A stretch of DNA of 64,000 bases from positions 713,695 through 777,694 of the forward strand of contig CAVQFD010000005.1 of the NCBI GenBank assembly GCA_963711795.1. Direction: 5' to 3'. Of the stretch, positions 33,379 to 43,271 are shown piece by piece. This DNA is from an uncultured Acidobacteriota bacterium (lineage in GTDB: Bacteria > Acidobacteriota > Vicinamibacteria > Vicinamibacterales > CAVVIG01). The first letter of the stretch is position 1. Each line of letters begins with the position of its first letter. The notes under the pieces are model-generated. The model searched no databases, was not told where the DNA came from, and worked only from the letters and a program-made list of their open reading frames with translations. Made by a program: the position numbers and the translations under genes.

Positions 33379-33903
33379 ATGTCCTCCGACCTCAGCTATC
33401 CCATCGGCCGGTTCAGCGTGCGCATGGTGACTACAGCTGAGACACGCCGGGAGGGCATCGAGGACATCGCGGCGCTGCCGGCTCGCATGCGCGACGCGCT
33501 CGCGGGCTTGAACGAGGCCCAGCTCGACACGCCGTATCGCCCCGAAGGGTGGACCGTTCGGCGGCTGGTCCACCACGTGGCCGATAGCCATATGAACGGC
33601 TACATCCGCCTCAAGCTCGCGCTGACGGAAGACAACCCCACAATCAAACCGTACGAGCAGGCTGAGTGGGCGGAGCTCTCAGACAGCCGCCTGCCCGTGG
33701 CGTTGTCGCTTGGCATTCTGGACGGCGTGCACGCGCGCTGGACGGCGTTGTGGCGCGCGATGAAGGAGGAGGATTTCCAGCGCACGTTCAACCACCCGGA
33801 GCTCGGGCCGCTGACGACGCATATCCACGCACACCTTTACGGGTGGCACTCGCGCCACCACGTGGCGCACATCACGGCTCTTCGTCAGCGCGAAGGCTGG
33901 TAG
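33379..33903 (+). CDS. DinB/YfiT-family putative metal-dependent hydrolase or thiol transferase
   Basis: MSSDLSYPIGRF...RPEGWTVRRLVHHVADSHMNGYIRLKL...HLYGWHSRHHVAHI. Confidence 0.8.
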   Translation: MSSDLSYPIGRFSVRMVTTAETRREGIEDIAALPARMRDALAGLNEAQLDTPYRPEGWTVRRLVHHVADSHMNGYIRLKLALTEDNPTIKPYEQAEWAELSDSRLPVALSLGILDGVHARWTALWRAMKEEDFQRTFNHPELGPLTTHIHAHLYGWHSRHHVAHITALRQREGW

Positions 33904-33909
33904 CTCGCG

Positions 33910-34725
33910 CTACGGCGTGGCGAGCGTGGCAGTCCAGGTCTCCATGCCACGCGACCCGGTGATGCGGTTGCCGTCGACTTTCCCGGTGTATTCGGTCCCC
34001 CCGGCGGTGAACGTGATCTGCTCGCCGACCAGTTTCCCCTCGAGCGCCGTCGCCGCGCCGTTGGCTCGCACGGTGCCCGTGACCTTCTGATAGGCCTGGA
34101 CGATCTCGACCTCGCCTCCCGAGAACTTCCAGGTGCCGGCGGCCTTCGCCGGCACGATGTTCAGCAGCGACGTGCACCAGCTCGAGCAGTTGCCGGTGAT
34201 GCGGACGGTCTCGTCGGGCTCCCATTCGGGAATCGCAAACGTGTTGAGCACGATGCGCGTGCCCGGCTTCAGCGCCAGGAACTTGTCGCGCAGCTTCTCG
34301 AGGTTCTGCGGCAGCAGGAACAGCGCCATCACGGACGCCTTCGAGATGTCGGCCTCGTACATGTCGCCCTGGACGAATTGCGCCTTCGCCGAGACGCCAG
34401 CCTCTTGCGCTTTCCTGCGCGAGAGCTCGACCATGTCGGGGTTGAACTCCACGCCGACGGCTGTCGCGCCGCGCTTGGCAGCGCCGATGATGTTGCGGCC
34501 ATCGCCGGAACCGAGGTCCATCACGTAATCGGCAGGCGTGACCTTCGCCATGTCGAGCATCTTCTCGACCAGCTCCTCCGGCGTCGGTACCCAGACGACG
34601 TCCTTGCCCGCCTGGCCCACGCTTGGCTCGAAGGGCTGCTGCTGTTGTGCCCAGGCATCGGCCACCGCCACCGTCGCTACGAAGGCGGTCAGCAGCACCG
34701 CGCGGATTACGTGCGTCGCCATCAT
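33910..34725 (-). CDS. Secreted class I SAM-dependent methyltransferase with an extra C-terminal beta domain
   Basis: Signal peptide, then VMDLGSGDGRNIIGAAKRGATAVGVEFNPDMV (motif I). Confidence 0.75.
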   Translation of the reverse strand: MMATHVIRAVLLTAFVATVAVADAWAQQQQPFEPSVGQAGKDVVWVPTPEELVEKMLDMAKVTPADYVMDLGSGDGRNIIGAAKRGATAVGVEFNPDMVELSRRKAQEAGVSAKAQFVQGDMYEADISKASVMALFLLPQNLEKLRDKFLALKPGTRIVLNTFAIPEWEPDETVRITGNCSSWCTSLLNIVPAKAAGTWKFSGGEVEIVQAYQKVTGTVRANGAATALEGKLVGEQITFTAGGTEYTGKVDGNRITGSRGMETWTATLATP

Positions 34726-34812
34726 CAGATGTCTCCAGAGGAATGACTGCAGGTCAGCAGTTCACCGGTCGAAACGGGCCATTCTAGCCCGGGAACCGCC
34801 GACGAATGGACG

Positions 34813-35280
34813 TCAGTGCTTTTCGTAGACGCGCGGCGGCTGGCCGCCGCCGAAGGCGACGACCGAATAGGCGTCCTTCTTCCCGCTGGGCACTTCCATC
34901 CCCGGGGAGCCCATGGGCATGCCTGGGACCGCGAGCCCGGTGATCTTGGGCCGCTCCTTGAGGAGCCTCTGCACCGTCGACGCCGGCACGTGACCTTCGA
35001 TCACGTAGCCATCCACTTGGGAAGTGTGGCAGGAGCTGATCTCGGTGGCGACGCCGAGCCGTTCCTTGACCGCGGCGATGTCCTCGACGTCGCGCACGCG
35101 CATCTCGAACCCCGCAGCTTTCATATGCTCGACCCACTGGCTGCAGCATCCACACGTGGCGGTCTTGAAGACCGACACCACCGGCGGTTTCTGCTGGGCC
35201 GAGGATCCGGAATTGAAGAACAGGGCCGCCGCGGAGGCCGCTGCGACCGTTACCAGCGTGGCCGTAGACCAGTTGCGCAT
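34813..35280 (-). CDS. DUF411 (CopG-like) periplasmic metal-binding protein
   Basis: VFKTATCGCCSQWVEHMKAAGF...CHTSQVDGYVIEGHVPA...GMPMGSPGME. Confidence 0.8.
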   Translation of the reverse strand: MRNWSTATLVTVAAASAAALFFNSGSSAQQKPPVVSVFKTATCGCCSQWVEHMKAAGFEMRVRDVEDIAAVKERLGVATEISSCHTSQVDGYVIEGHVPASTVQRLLKERPKITGLAVPGMPMGSPGMEVPSGKKDAYSVVAFGGGQPPRVYEKH

Positions 35281-35355
35281 GGCCCAATCTTAGAGCATCC
35301 GGGCACGTTTGGTCGAAGGCGCGTACACTGGTTCGGACCGAGAGGGAGGCCCGTA

Positions 35356-35583
35356 ATGAAGACCGTCCGCATCCGTTACTGCCGGGTTTGAAACTATCTC
35401 CCCCGCGCCGCCCGTGTGGCGGCGGTGATCAAGGACGCGCTGGGCATCGACGCCGAGCTCCAGGAAGGCGCGCGCGGCGAGTTCTCAATCTGGGTTGGCG
35501 AGAAACGGGTCGCGCAGAAGGGCCCCGAAGGCTTTCCGTCCGAGGAAGACGCCCTCGCAGCCGTCAAAAGCCACATGAATTAG
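35356..35583 (+). CDS. Rdx-family (SelW/SelT-like) selenoprotein; in-frame UGA (Sec) at 35389-35391
   Basis: A gagggagg RBS precedes MKTVRIRYCRV-U-NYLPRAARVAAVIKDALGIDAELQEGARGEFSIWVGEKRVAQKGPEGFPSEEDAL. The CxxU motif sits where the family has CxxC/CxxU. A hairpin lies 15 nt after the UGA. selABCD are adjacent. Confidence 0.8.
35406..35424 (+). promoter_or_regulatory. Candidate SECIS stem-loop for the Rdx selenoprotein
   Basis: CGCCGCC-cgtgt-GGCGGCG: 7-bp stem, GU-containing loop, 15 nt downstream of the UGA. Confidence 0.6.
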
Positions 35584-35650
35584 GAATTGGGAATTGTAAA
35601 TTGTGAATTCGTACGAATTCACAATTCCTAATTCCCAATCTCCCGTGCCT
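35584..35650. repeat. Lower-GC word-repeat hairpin (GGAATTG words), near-perfect palindrome centred on cgtacg
   Basis: gaattgggaattgtaaattgtgaattcgtacgaattcacaattcctaattcccaat. Confidence 0.75.
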
Positions 35651-35652
35651 TT

Positions 35653-36246
35653 CTACTGCTTCGCCGGCGGCGTGTTGAACCCCTTGAGCTTGCCGGAGAT
35701 GGTTTCTCCAGCCACGGCGGGGTTGACCTTCTTGTCGATCTCCAGGATCTTGCCGTCCGGCCCGATATAGAACGTCCAGCGGTTCGCCACCTCGCCGAGG
35801 TTGAATCGGCTGAAGTCGCCGAGAACGCCGTACTTCCTGGCCGTCTCCTTGGTCGGGTCGGCCAGCAGCGGAAAGTCCGCGCTCTCCTTCTTCGCGAACG
35901 CCGTGTTGTCCTCCAGCGTGTCGACGCTGATCATGAAATACGCCACGTCGAACGCTCGAATCATTGGGCCACTCTCACGGAGGGCTCTGCATTCGGCCGT
36001 TCAACCAGCGGTGAACGCCTTGGGGAACCACGCGAGCACCACGGTTCGGCCGCGCAGTTTCGACAAGGTGTAGGTCTGGCCGTCGGTGGCTTGCAGCGTG
36101 AAGTCGGGTGCCAGATCCCCGACCTGCAGCTCCGGCGGCGCGGCCGCAGGCTGCTGTGCGCCTGCAGGTCCCGCCAGACATCCCACCGCTGCCAGGGCCA
36201 GCGCGTGGGCACGAACCCATCTCTTCATCGAAGCCCTCCCTCCCAA
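35653..36246 (-). CDS. Peroxiredoxin (BCP/PrxQ-like) selenoprotein; Sec replaces the peroxidatic Cys; in-frame UGA at 36000-35998
   Basis: ORFs 36001..36246 and 35653..35964 share a frame and are joined by one TGA: ...[41 protein letters not shown].... Signal peptide is [20 protein letters not shown]. The start may be 36228. Confidence 0.8.
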
Positions 36247-36341
36247 TCCCGGCCGTCGCGCCTTGGCGCTTCGGCGGGCAAAGCAATGCGTACCGTAGCA
36301 CGGACCAGACCCGCCGCGGGGCCTGTGTTACGCTCGCTTCA

Positions 36342-37396
36342 ATGCACCGTTCGGTGATCCTCGGCCCTTCTGCTGACCGGCCTCCTCTGGCAGTTCCCGG
36401 CGGCCCAGCCGGCCGCCCCTGCGCCCGTGGACATCGCGGCGCTCGGTCCGCAGGTCGGCGAGCAGATTCCCGACTTCCGCCTCCCCGATCAGACAGGCCG
36501 GGTCTGGACGCGCGAATCGATCATGGGCCCCCGCGGGGCCATGCTCGTGTTCTACCGTTCCGCCGACTGGTGACCGTACTGCAAAACGCAGCTCGTTGAG
36601 CTGCAAGGCCGGCTGAAGGAGCTGCAGGACAAGGGCCTCGGGCTGGCGGCCATCAGCTACGACTCGCCCGAAATTCTCGCGGCGTTCAGCAAGCAGCGCG
36701 GCATCACGTTCCCGCTGCTGTCGGACCGCGGCTCCGCCGATCATCAAGGCCTACGGCATCCTGAACGCGTCCGCCCGTGGTGTGGCGGTGGGCGTCCCGC
36801 ATCCAGGCACGTTCATCGTCGATCGCGCGGGCCGTGTCACGTCCCGTTTCTTCGAAGCGGCGTACTCGGACCGCAGCACCGTCTCGAGCATGATGGTCAG
36901 GCTCGGCACCGGCTCGGCGCCTGTCGCCGCGACGAAGATCTCTTCGGCGCAGCTCGACATGACGACGTTCGCGAGCGACGAGGAAATCGCGCCGGGCAAT
37001 CGCTTCTCGCTGGTTGTCGATGTCGTGCCTGGTCCCGGCATGCACGTCTACGCGCCTGGCGCGTCCAGCTACCGGGTCGTGTCGATCTCGCTCGCGCCGC
37101 AGCCGTTTGTGCAGCCGCAGCCGACCGTCTATCCGCCCTCGGAGATCTACTTCTTCCAGCCGCTCAACGAGCGCGTGCCGGTGTACCAGAAGCCGTTCCG
37201 GCTCGTGCAGGACGTGCTGCTCGAGGCGACGCAAGAGTCGCAGAAGGCGCTGCTGGGCCGCGAGTCGCTCTCGCTGATCGGGACAGTGGACTACCAGGCG
37301 TGCGACGACAAGATCTGCTACAACCCCGTGTCGGTCCCGGTGTCGTGGACGCTGAAGCTCAAGCCGCTCATCCTCGAGCGTCCTCAGGTCAGATAG
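36342..37396 (+). CDS. AhpC/TSA-redoxin selenoprotein (WUPYC motif) fused to a DsbD-N-like domain; UGA at 36571-36573; two frameshifts (~36365, ~36735)
   Basis: MHRSVILG then, after a shift, LLLTGLLWQFPAAQP...IPDFRLPDQTGRVWTRESIMGPRGAMLVFYRSADW-U-PYCKTQLVELQ...ITFPLLSDRGSA. After a second shift it reads IIKAYGILNA...HPGTFIVDRAGRV. The C-terminus is ...GTVDYQACDDKICYNPVSVPVSWTLKL. Confidence 0.7.
36588..36604 (+). promoter_or_regulatory. Candidate SECIS stem-loop for the WUPYC redoxin
   Basis: GCAGCTC-gtt-GAGCTGC, starting 15 nt after the UGA. Confidence 0.5.
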
Positions 37397-38478
37397 ACCC
37401 ACGCATCGCGCTTCTTCGTGGCCCGGCCGACAATCGCGGCGCAGACGATGCCGCTGGACCGCAGTCGGGTGACCAGGCGTGCGGCGGCCCGCGGTTCGAG
37501 CGCCACCAGCAGCCCGCCTGAGGTCTGCGGGTCGAACGCGATCTCGGCAAGCTCCGGCGCGATCGACGGACTCACGACGACCTTGTCCTCGAGGTAGGCG
37601 CGATTACGTCGGCACCCGCCCGTCAGGAATCCGCGGCCGGCCAGCTTCATCGCACCCGGGAGGATCGGGAGCCTGCCCGAGTCGAGCACCAGCGTGACGC
37701 CGCTGCCCATGGCCATCTCCGATGCGTGGCCCAGCAAGCCAAACCCCGTGACATCCGAACACGCATGAACCCGGAACGTCCGCGCAATCCTGGATGCCGC
37801 TTTGTTCAGCGTCACCATCGACCGCACGGCTTCCCGGACGTACGCCCTCGATGCCTTGCGCTGCTTGAGCGCCGTCGTCACGATTCCGGTACCGAGCGCC
37901 TTCGTGAGGACGAGCGCGTCGCCCTCCCGCACGCCCACGTTGCGCAGGACGCGCTTGGGATGAATGACGCCCGTGACCGCCATGCCGTATTTCAGCTCGG
38001 GGTCGATAATCGTGTGCCCTCCAATCACGACCGCACCCGCCTCGGTTGCCCGCTCGATGCCGCCACGCAGGATGTCGGCCAGGATCGCGACATCCATCTG
38101 GCCCTTCGGAAACCCGACGATGTTGAGGGCCGTGATCGGATCGCCGCCCATGGCGTAGACATCGCTCAGCGCGTTGGCGGCTGCGATCTGTCCGAATACA
38201 TATGGGTCGTCCACGATCGGCGTGAAGAAATCCACCGTGTTGACGATTGCCAGATCGGGCCCGAGGCGAAACACTCCCGCATCGTCGGAAGTATCGGTTC
38301 CGACAATCACTGCGGGGTGCACGATCGGGGGCAGCTGGCGCAGCACGTGCGCCAGATCGGCAGGGCCGAGCTTGGCCGCTCAACCAGCGGCGGCCACCTG
38401 CTGCGTGAGCCCGAGCGATTTGATGACCGCCTTGCGTCCCCCGCGGGCTGCGCGAGGCGCGGGCTTGCGGGCTTTCAT
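37384..38478 (-). CDS. selD: Selenide, water dikinase (selenophosphate synthetase), Sec-containing form; in-frame UGA at 38382-38380
   Basis: MKARKPAPRAARGGRKAVIKSLGLTQQVAAAG-U-AAKLGPADLAHVLRQLPP... then the intact AIR-synthase-like body. The U sits at the catalytic Cys/Sec position of the N-terminal loop. The ATG overlaps the selB stop (ATGA). Confidence 0.9.
38335..38355 (-). promoter_or_regulatory. Candidate SECIS stem-loop in selD
   Basis: On the mRNA this reads CTGGCGCA-cgtgc-TGCGCCAG: 8-bp perfect stem, 24 nt after the UGA. Confidence 0.6.
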
Positions 38479-40411
38479 GCGGTCTCCGTGAGCCGTGGTC
38501 GTTTCAGTTTGCGCACCTCTCCTACTCTGACAGTCAATCCCTCGCGGTCGAAGAACTCGAGCAGCGGGATCGCGTACTTACGGGACGTCTGGTACTGATC
38601 CCGGAATGCCGCCGCGGTCATGGTCTTCCCGCCGGACAGCGCCTCGACGAGACCTGTGCGCAGACGCTCGACGACTGCGGCCGCGAAATAGAGGTCGGGC
38701 GCAATGGCGACGACGGAATGCTCCGCCTCGAGCGCGCGCATCAGGCCGATGAGTTTTGGGCGCTGGACGCCAAGCTCCTCCGCGATCTGCTTGAGATCGG
38801 GCGGTGCCATCGGCGCTTTGTCGAGCAGCGCGCGGATGCGGTCGACCAGCGCCTGATCGCCGGTCGGCACCTGGACGCGATGGCCGGGCAGCCGCAGCAG
38901 CGGACCCTCGCGATTGAGCGCTCCCTCGGTTTCGAGCTCCTGCACGAGCAGCCGCACGATCTTCGGCGGCGTGTGCGGAGGGCAGCCCGCGCGTGCGTCC
39001 TCGACGTCCATTCCCGGCAGGAGCGGGTGAGAGGCATGCCAGGCGCGCACCCGATCGACAATCTCGGTCTTGGCTCGCCGGCAATCCTCCTCGGGCGCGT
39101 AGTGCAGATCGCTCTCGAGGCGGAACACGTGGATGTCGGCTCGCGCCTCCAAGCGCGCGCGCAGATCCTCCTGTCGCTCGTTGAGCACCAGCGACAGCTG
39201 CTGCAGCGGTACCGCCAGCTCGCCGCTGTTCCAGGCGAGGCTCTCGACGACCACTCCCTCGTTCCCCCGATCGAAACCCTCCAGCCGCGCCAGCAGTGAG
39301 GGGCCAGCCCTCTTGTGTTTCGGCGCCGCCGGCCAGACGACCGTGCCGCCCGCAATCGTCCGCTGCGCCGTTTCGTCGCGCAGGATGAAGCGATCGCCCC
39401 GCAGGGCAAGGAACGGCTCGGTGAGCTCGATCTGGCAGTACGCGCGCCCTCCAGGCTCGACTTTCGCAGCGGCCGGACCGAACACGATCACCTTTCCCAT
39501 GCGCTCCGACGTGCCGAGGTGAACGCGCACGCGCTGATGGCTCTTGATGCCGGCCGGCGCGCCAGGCGGCACTTCGATACGGGCGTCGAACCGGTCGCAT
39601 GTGAGCGTGATTGCCTCGTCGCAGATCGTGTCGCCGCGGGTGATCGGCGTCCGCGTGTCGCCCGCCAGGTTCAGCGCGAGCCGCTGTCCCCAGCGAGCCG
39701 ACGTCCGCGGGCTCGTTGTGCACCTCGACGCTGCGAACGCGCACGACATCGCCTCCCGGCAGACGACGCACGTGGTCGCCGGGCCGGACCTCACCGCGCG
39801 ATGGCGGTGCCGGTCACGATGAGGCCATGCCCCGGCGACGCGAAGGCCCGATCGACCGGCAGGCGGAAGCGGCCGTCCGGCTTCGGCTTTCCGCTCGAGG
39901 CGAACACGTCGGCGCAATCAGGTCGCGCAGCTCCGCCAGGCCTTCGCCGGTGACGAACGAGAAGGGCACGACGGCGATTCCTGCGAGCGTCGTGCCCGCG
40001 ATCAGTCCGCGGATCTCGTCGCTCACCTCGCGCACGCCGCTCTTCCGAGACCAGGTCGGTCTTGGTGATGACGAAGATCGCGCGCTCGACCCCCAGCAGG
40101 TGGAGGATGTCGAGATGCTCCACGGTCTGCGGCATCACGCCATCGTCGGCCGCGACGGTGAAAAGCACGAGGTCCATGCCGTGTGCGCCGGCCAGCATGG
40201 TGCGGATGAAGCGCTCGTGGCCCGGCACGTCCACGACCCCGGCCCGGATTCCGTCGGGCAGATCGAGGTGCGCGAACCCGAGCTCGATCGAAATGCCGCG
40301 CTCCTGTTCTTCCTTGAGCCGATCGGTGTTCTGGCCGGTGAGCGCCTTGACGAGGCTCGTTTTCCCGTGGTCGATGTGTCCGGCCGTTCCGACGATCCAG
40401 TGTGTGGTCAC
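38475..40411 (-). pseudogene. selB: Selenocysteine-specific elongation factor; several frame disruptions
   Basis: GTG 40411 gives [47 protein letters not shown]...[16 protein letters not shown]. Domains II-III lie in other frames. The C-terminal winged-helix region is intact (ORF 38475..39917, ...YAIPLLEFFDREGLTVRVG). Confidence 0.85.
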
Positions 40412-41804
40412 TCCGGTCTCCCACCGGGGGACGAGGTCGGCCGGGTCGTCGACCGTGCGCAGGTCGAGGAGGAAGCGCCCGTCGCTGATGCGTCCGATGA
40501 TCGGCGGGTGCGCGGCGCGGAAGCGTTCGGCGAGACGGTCGGCCGAGAGGCTGTCGCTCTCGATCGCAATGACCTTGGTCGGCAGTTCCTCGGTCGGTAA
40601 GGCGCCGCTGCCGATCTGCGACGTGGAATCCTCGAGCGACACACGGCAGCCGGCGCCGAGCGCCCGTTGCAGAGATGGCAGGACGTGCCGGCCCATCTCG
40701 GCGATCTCGTCCAGGCTTCTGGTGAAGGCCCTGAGCGTCGGGATGCTGCGGGCGACGTCCGCTGACTGCTGGTAAAGCTTCAGCGTGGCTTCCAGCGCCG
40801 CAAGGGTCAGCTTGCTGCAGCGCACGGCGCGGTGGAGCGGGTTGCCGGCAATCTGTCGCACGAGCGCGCGGGAGCCGACGATGAGCCCCGCTTGAGGGCC
40901 GCCGAGGACCTTGTCGCCGCTGAACGTCACGATGTCGGCGCCAAGCGACACACGCTCGGACACGAGCGGTTCCTTCGGCAGGCCATAGCGGCTGAGATCC
41001 ACGAGCGCGCCGCTCCCGAGGTCCTCCATGACGGGGACGCCGCGGCTTCGGCCAATCGCCACGAGATCGCCGAGCGCGACGTCGGCCGAGAAGCCCACGA
41101 TGCGGTAGTTGCTCGTGTGGACCTTGAGCAGGAGGCCGGTGTTCGGCCCGATGGCCTGCTCGTAGTCGCCCGGATGCGTGCGATTGGTCGTCCCCACTTC
41201 GCGCAGGACGGCGCCGCTCTTGGCGACGATGTCCGGGAATCCGGAATGCCCCGCCGATCTCGACGAGCTCGCCGCGCGAGACCACGACGTCTTTTCCGCT
41301 GGCCAGCGTGTTGATCGCGACCAGGACAGCGGCGGCGTTGTTGTTGACGACCGTGGCGGCCTCGGCGCCGGTCTGCTGGACCAGGAGCGATTCGACCAGC
41401 GCTTCGCGGCTGCCGCGGGCGCCGCGCGTCCAGGTCGTACTCCAGGTTGACCGGGTGACGCGCGGCGAGCGTCAGGGCGTCGATGGCCGGCTGGGGCAAC
41501 AGGGCGCGGCCGAAGTTGGTGTGGAGGATGGTGCCGGTCGCGTTGACGATGCGGACCAGGCCGCTCTGGCGGTCGTGCCGCATGCGCCGCTCGACCCTCG
41601 TGAGGATGTTGTGATCGTCGAGCTCGGCGTGCGGCACCGAGGCTCCCTCCGCGATCTGCCGCCGCAGGTCTGCCACGACGTCACGGCACAGGCCTGCGCA
41701 CGTACGTCGCGGCCGACGCTCGCCATCCAGGCCGTCGCGCGTGCGTGCGACAGCAGCCGATCGACGGACGGCAGGTCTCTGAGCGAGGCTTTCGCCTGCG
41801 TCAT
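40408..41804 (-). pseudogene. selA: L-seryl-tRNA(Sec) selenium transferase; several frame disruptions
   Basis: MTQAKASLRDLPSVDRLL...; IVNATGTILHTNFGRALL; [20 protein letters not shown]...; [18 protein letters not shown] (PLP-lysine region). These lie in different frames. The stop overlaps the selB GTG (GTGA). Confidence 0.85.
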
Positions 41805-41897
41805 GCTCGACGAGGCTGGCACAGTGGGCGCAGGATTTCAACCGAGGGCAGGCTGACGACTGGTTGCAGCGTTAGAGTATGAGGCGCTTCACGCTCA

Positions 41898-41934
41898 GGG
41901 CAGGCGGGGCAGGTGGGGCAGGTGGGGCGGGCAG
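41898..41934 (+). repeat. G-tract repeat GGGcaggcGGGGcaggtGGGGcaggtGGGGcGGGcagg; potential G-quadruplex
   Basis: Five G3-4 tracts with 1-5-nt loops lie between the selA start and tRNA-Sec. Confidence 0.6.
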
Positions 41935-41984
41935 GAGCGACGGTGAAACGTAGGCACGAGTCCTCTTTGGACCCGGCACTCAGG

Positions 41985-42079
41985 GGAGAAGGAAGGTGCC
42001 CGGTGGTGCCGCTGGTCTTCAAAACCAGTCTGGGGGCCGTCAGGCCCTCGGAGGGTTCGACTCCCTCCCTTCTCCGCCA
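41985..42079 (+). tRNA. selC: tRNA-Sec (anticodon UCA at 42019-42021), 95 nt including CCA
   Basis: 8-bp acceptor GGAGAAGG/CCTTCTCC. Anticodon arm CTGGT-CTTCAAA-ACCAG. Long variable arm GGGGCC-gtca-GGCCC. T arm GAGGG-TTCGACT-CCCTC. Discriminator G followed by CCA. Confidence 0.9.
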
Positions 42080-43230
42080 CTAAGTGTTGGCAGAGCTGAG
42101 GTTCACGATCTGCACCAGTCCGCCGTTGCCACGATGTCTGCCACGAACGGCGGAGATTCCGGGGGACTCGAGCAAATCGAATCGCGCCATCGAGCGCTGG
42201 CAGGACTGAGGTGCATGTACCGCTGCGTCGTCGTGAAGTTGGCATGCCCGGCCAACTCCTGAATCGCCCGCGGCGCCGCGCCCCGCATCGCGAGATGCGA
42301 ACAGAACGTGTGCCGTAGACGATGCGGACCATTGCCCTGCAAGGCCTGCGCGTCGTGCCGCTCGGACGACCGCGCCCGCGACGGTGCCTTCGGTAAACGG
42401 CTTGCCGCTGTCGCGATACAGCACCCGTGGGCCCCGCAGATGTTGACGCTTCCGAAGGGCCGCGGTCAGACGAGCCGTCATCGGCACATACCGGAATCCG
42501 GCCGCCCTTCGGCGAATCACCTGGCCTTCCCAGGCGTTCCGCTGCACGCAGAGCGAGCGTTTGACCAGATCCAGGTCGGTCCACTCCAACGCCATAATCT
42601 CGCCCGACCGCAGGCCCGCCTCGCCACTCAGGAGCACGAGCAGATACGTACGACATCGATCGCGTTCGCGGCGGCATCGACGAACCGCTCGTACTCATCG
42701 AAGTCGTAGAAACGAGACCGCGCGACTTGGAGACCTTCAACAGCTTGATCGCTGCACGGCATCTGGTCGATCACGCCCCATTCCACCGCTTTCTTGAGCA
42801 GCGTGTTCAACACGGTGAGGACATTGTTCACGGTCTTCGGCGACTTGCCCTTGCAGATGGGCCTTCAGCCGCTGTACATCTTCGGTCGTGATGGCGTCGA
42901 GCCGCTTGCGCCAACATTGGCTGCAAATGCACGCGCAAGATCAAGTCCTTGGCGTGAATGCCGCTCGGCTTTGTGCTGGTTGGCCCGGGCGTGGCCGTCC
43001 AAAAACCGCGGCGAGAAGTCTTCTAAGGTTGGCACCTCCTTCTTGGGTGAGCGGGTCAGGCGTGGTGCAGCAGATGACCACTCCCGCTCCTGGCTCCCCC
43101 ATCGCTGGGCGGCTATTCGACCCGTGACCGGTCGCCTTCCGCTCCCGGATACGTCGTGCCGTCCGGCAGGACGACCCGAATATCCACATCCCAGCCACCC
43201 TCGTCGATACGGTCTGACTGTTACGCTCAT
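42080..43230 (-). pseudogene. Tyrosine-type site-specific integrase (phage/ICE type, arm-binding N-terminus); several frame disruptions; stop codon abuts the tRNA-Sec 3' end
   Basis: MSVTVRPYRRG...; KEVPTLEDFSPRFLDGHARANQHK; KTVNNVLTVLNTLLKKAVEWGVIDQMPC; LLSGEAGLRSGEIMALEWTDLD; [41 protein letters not shown]. The R..HxxR..Y catalytic elements are visible. Confidence 0.85.
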
Positions 43231-43271
43231 CGCTGTCTACCTTCCAGCGATGGCGTGGACTTCTGGCGAAG

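Noticed and set aside
41845-41880. Degenerate attC-like fragment (atttcaacc...ggttgcagcgttagag) upstream of tRNA-Sec
   Set aside because: It is too short (about 40 nt), has poor cores and is a single occurrence. It may be chance similarity within the selA leader.
42080-43230. Integron integrase (IntI) for the adjacent attC array
   Set aside because: The N-terminus (MSVTVRPYRRGGW...) and overall pattern match phage/ICE arm-binding integrases. The gene is in an operon with Xis and RHH genes and abuts a tRNA. I could not recognise the IntI-specific insertion. It remains possible only as an atypical partner.
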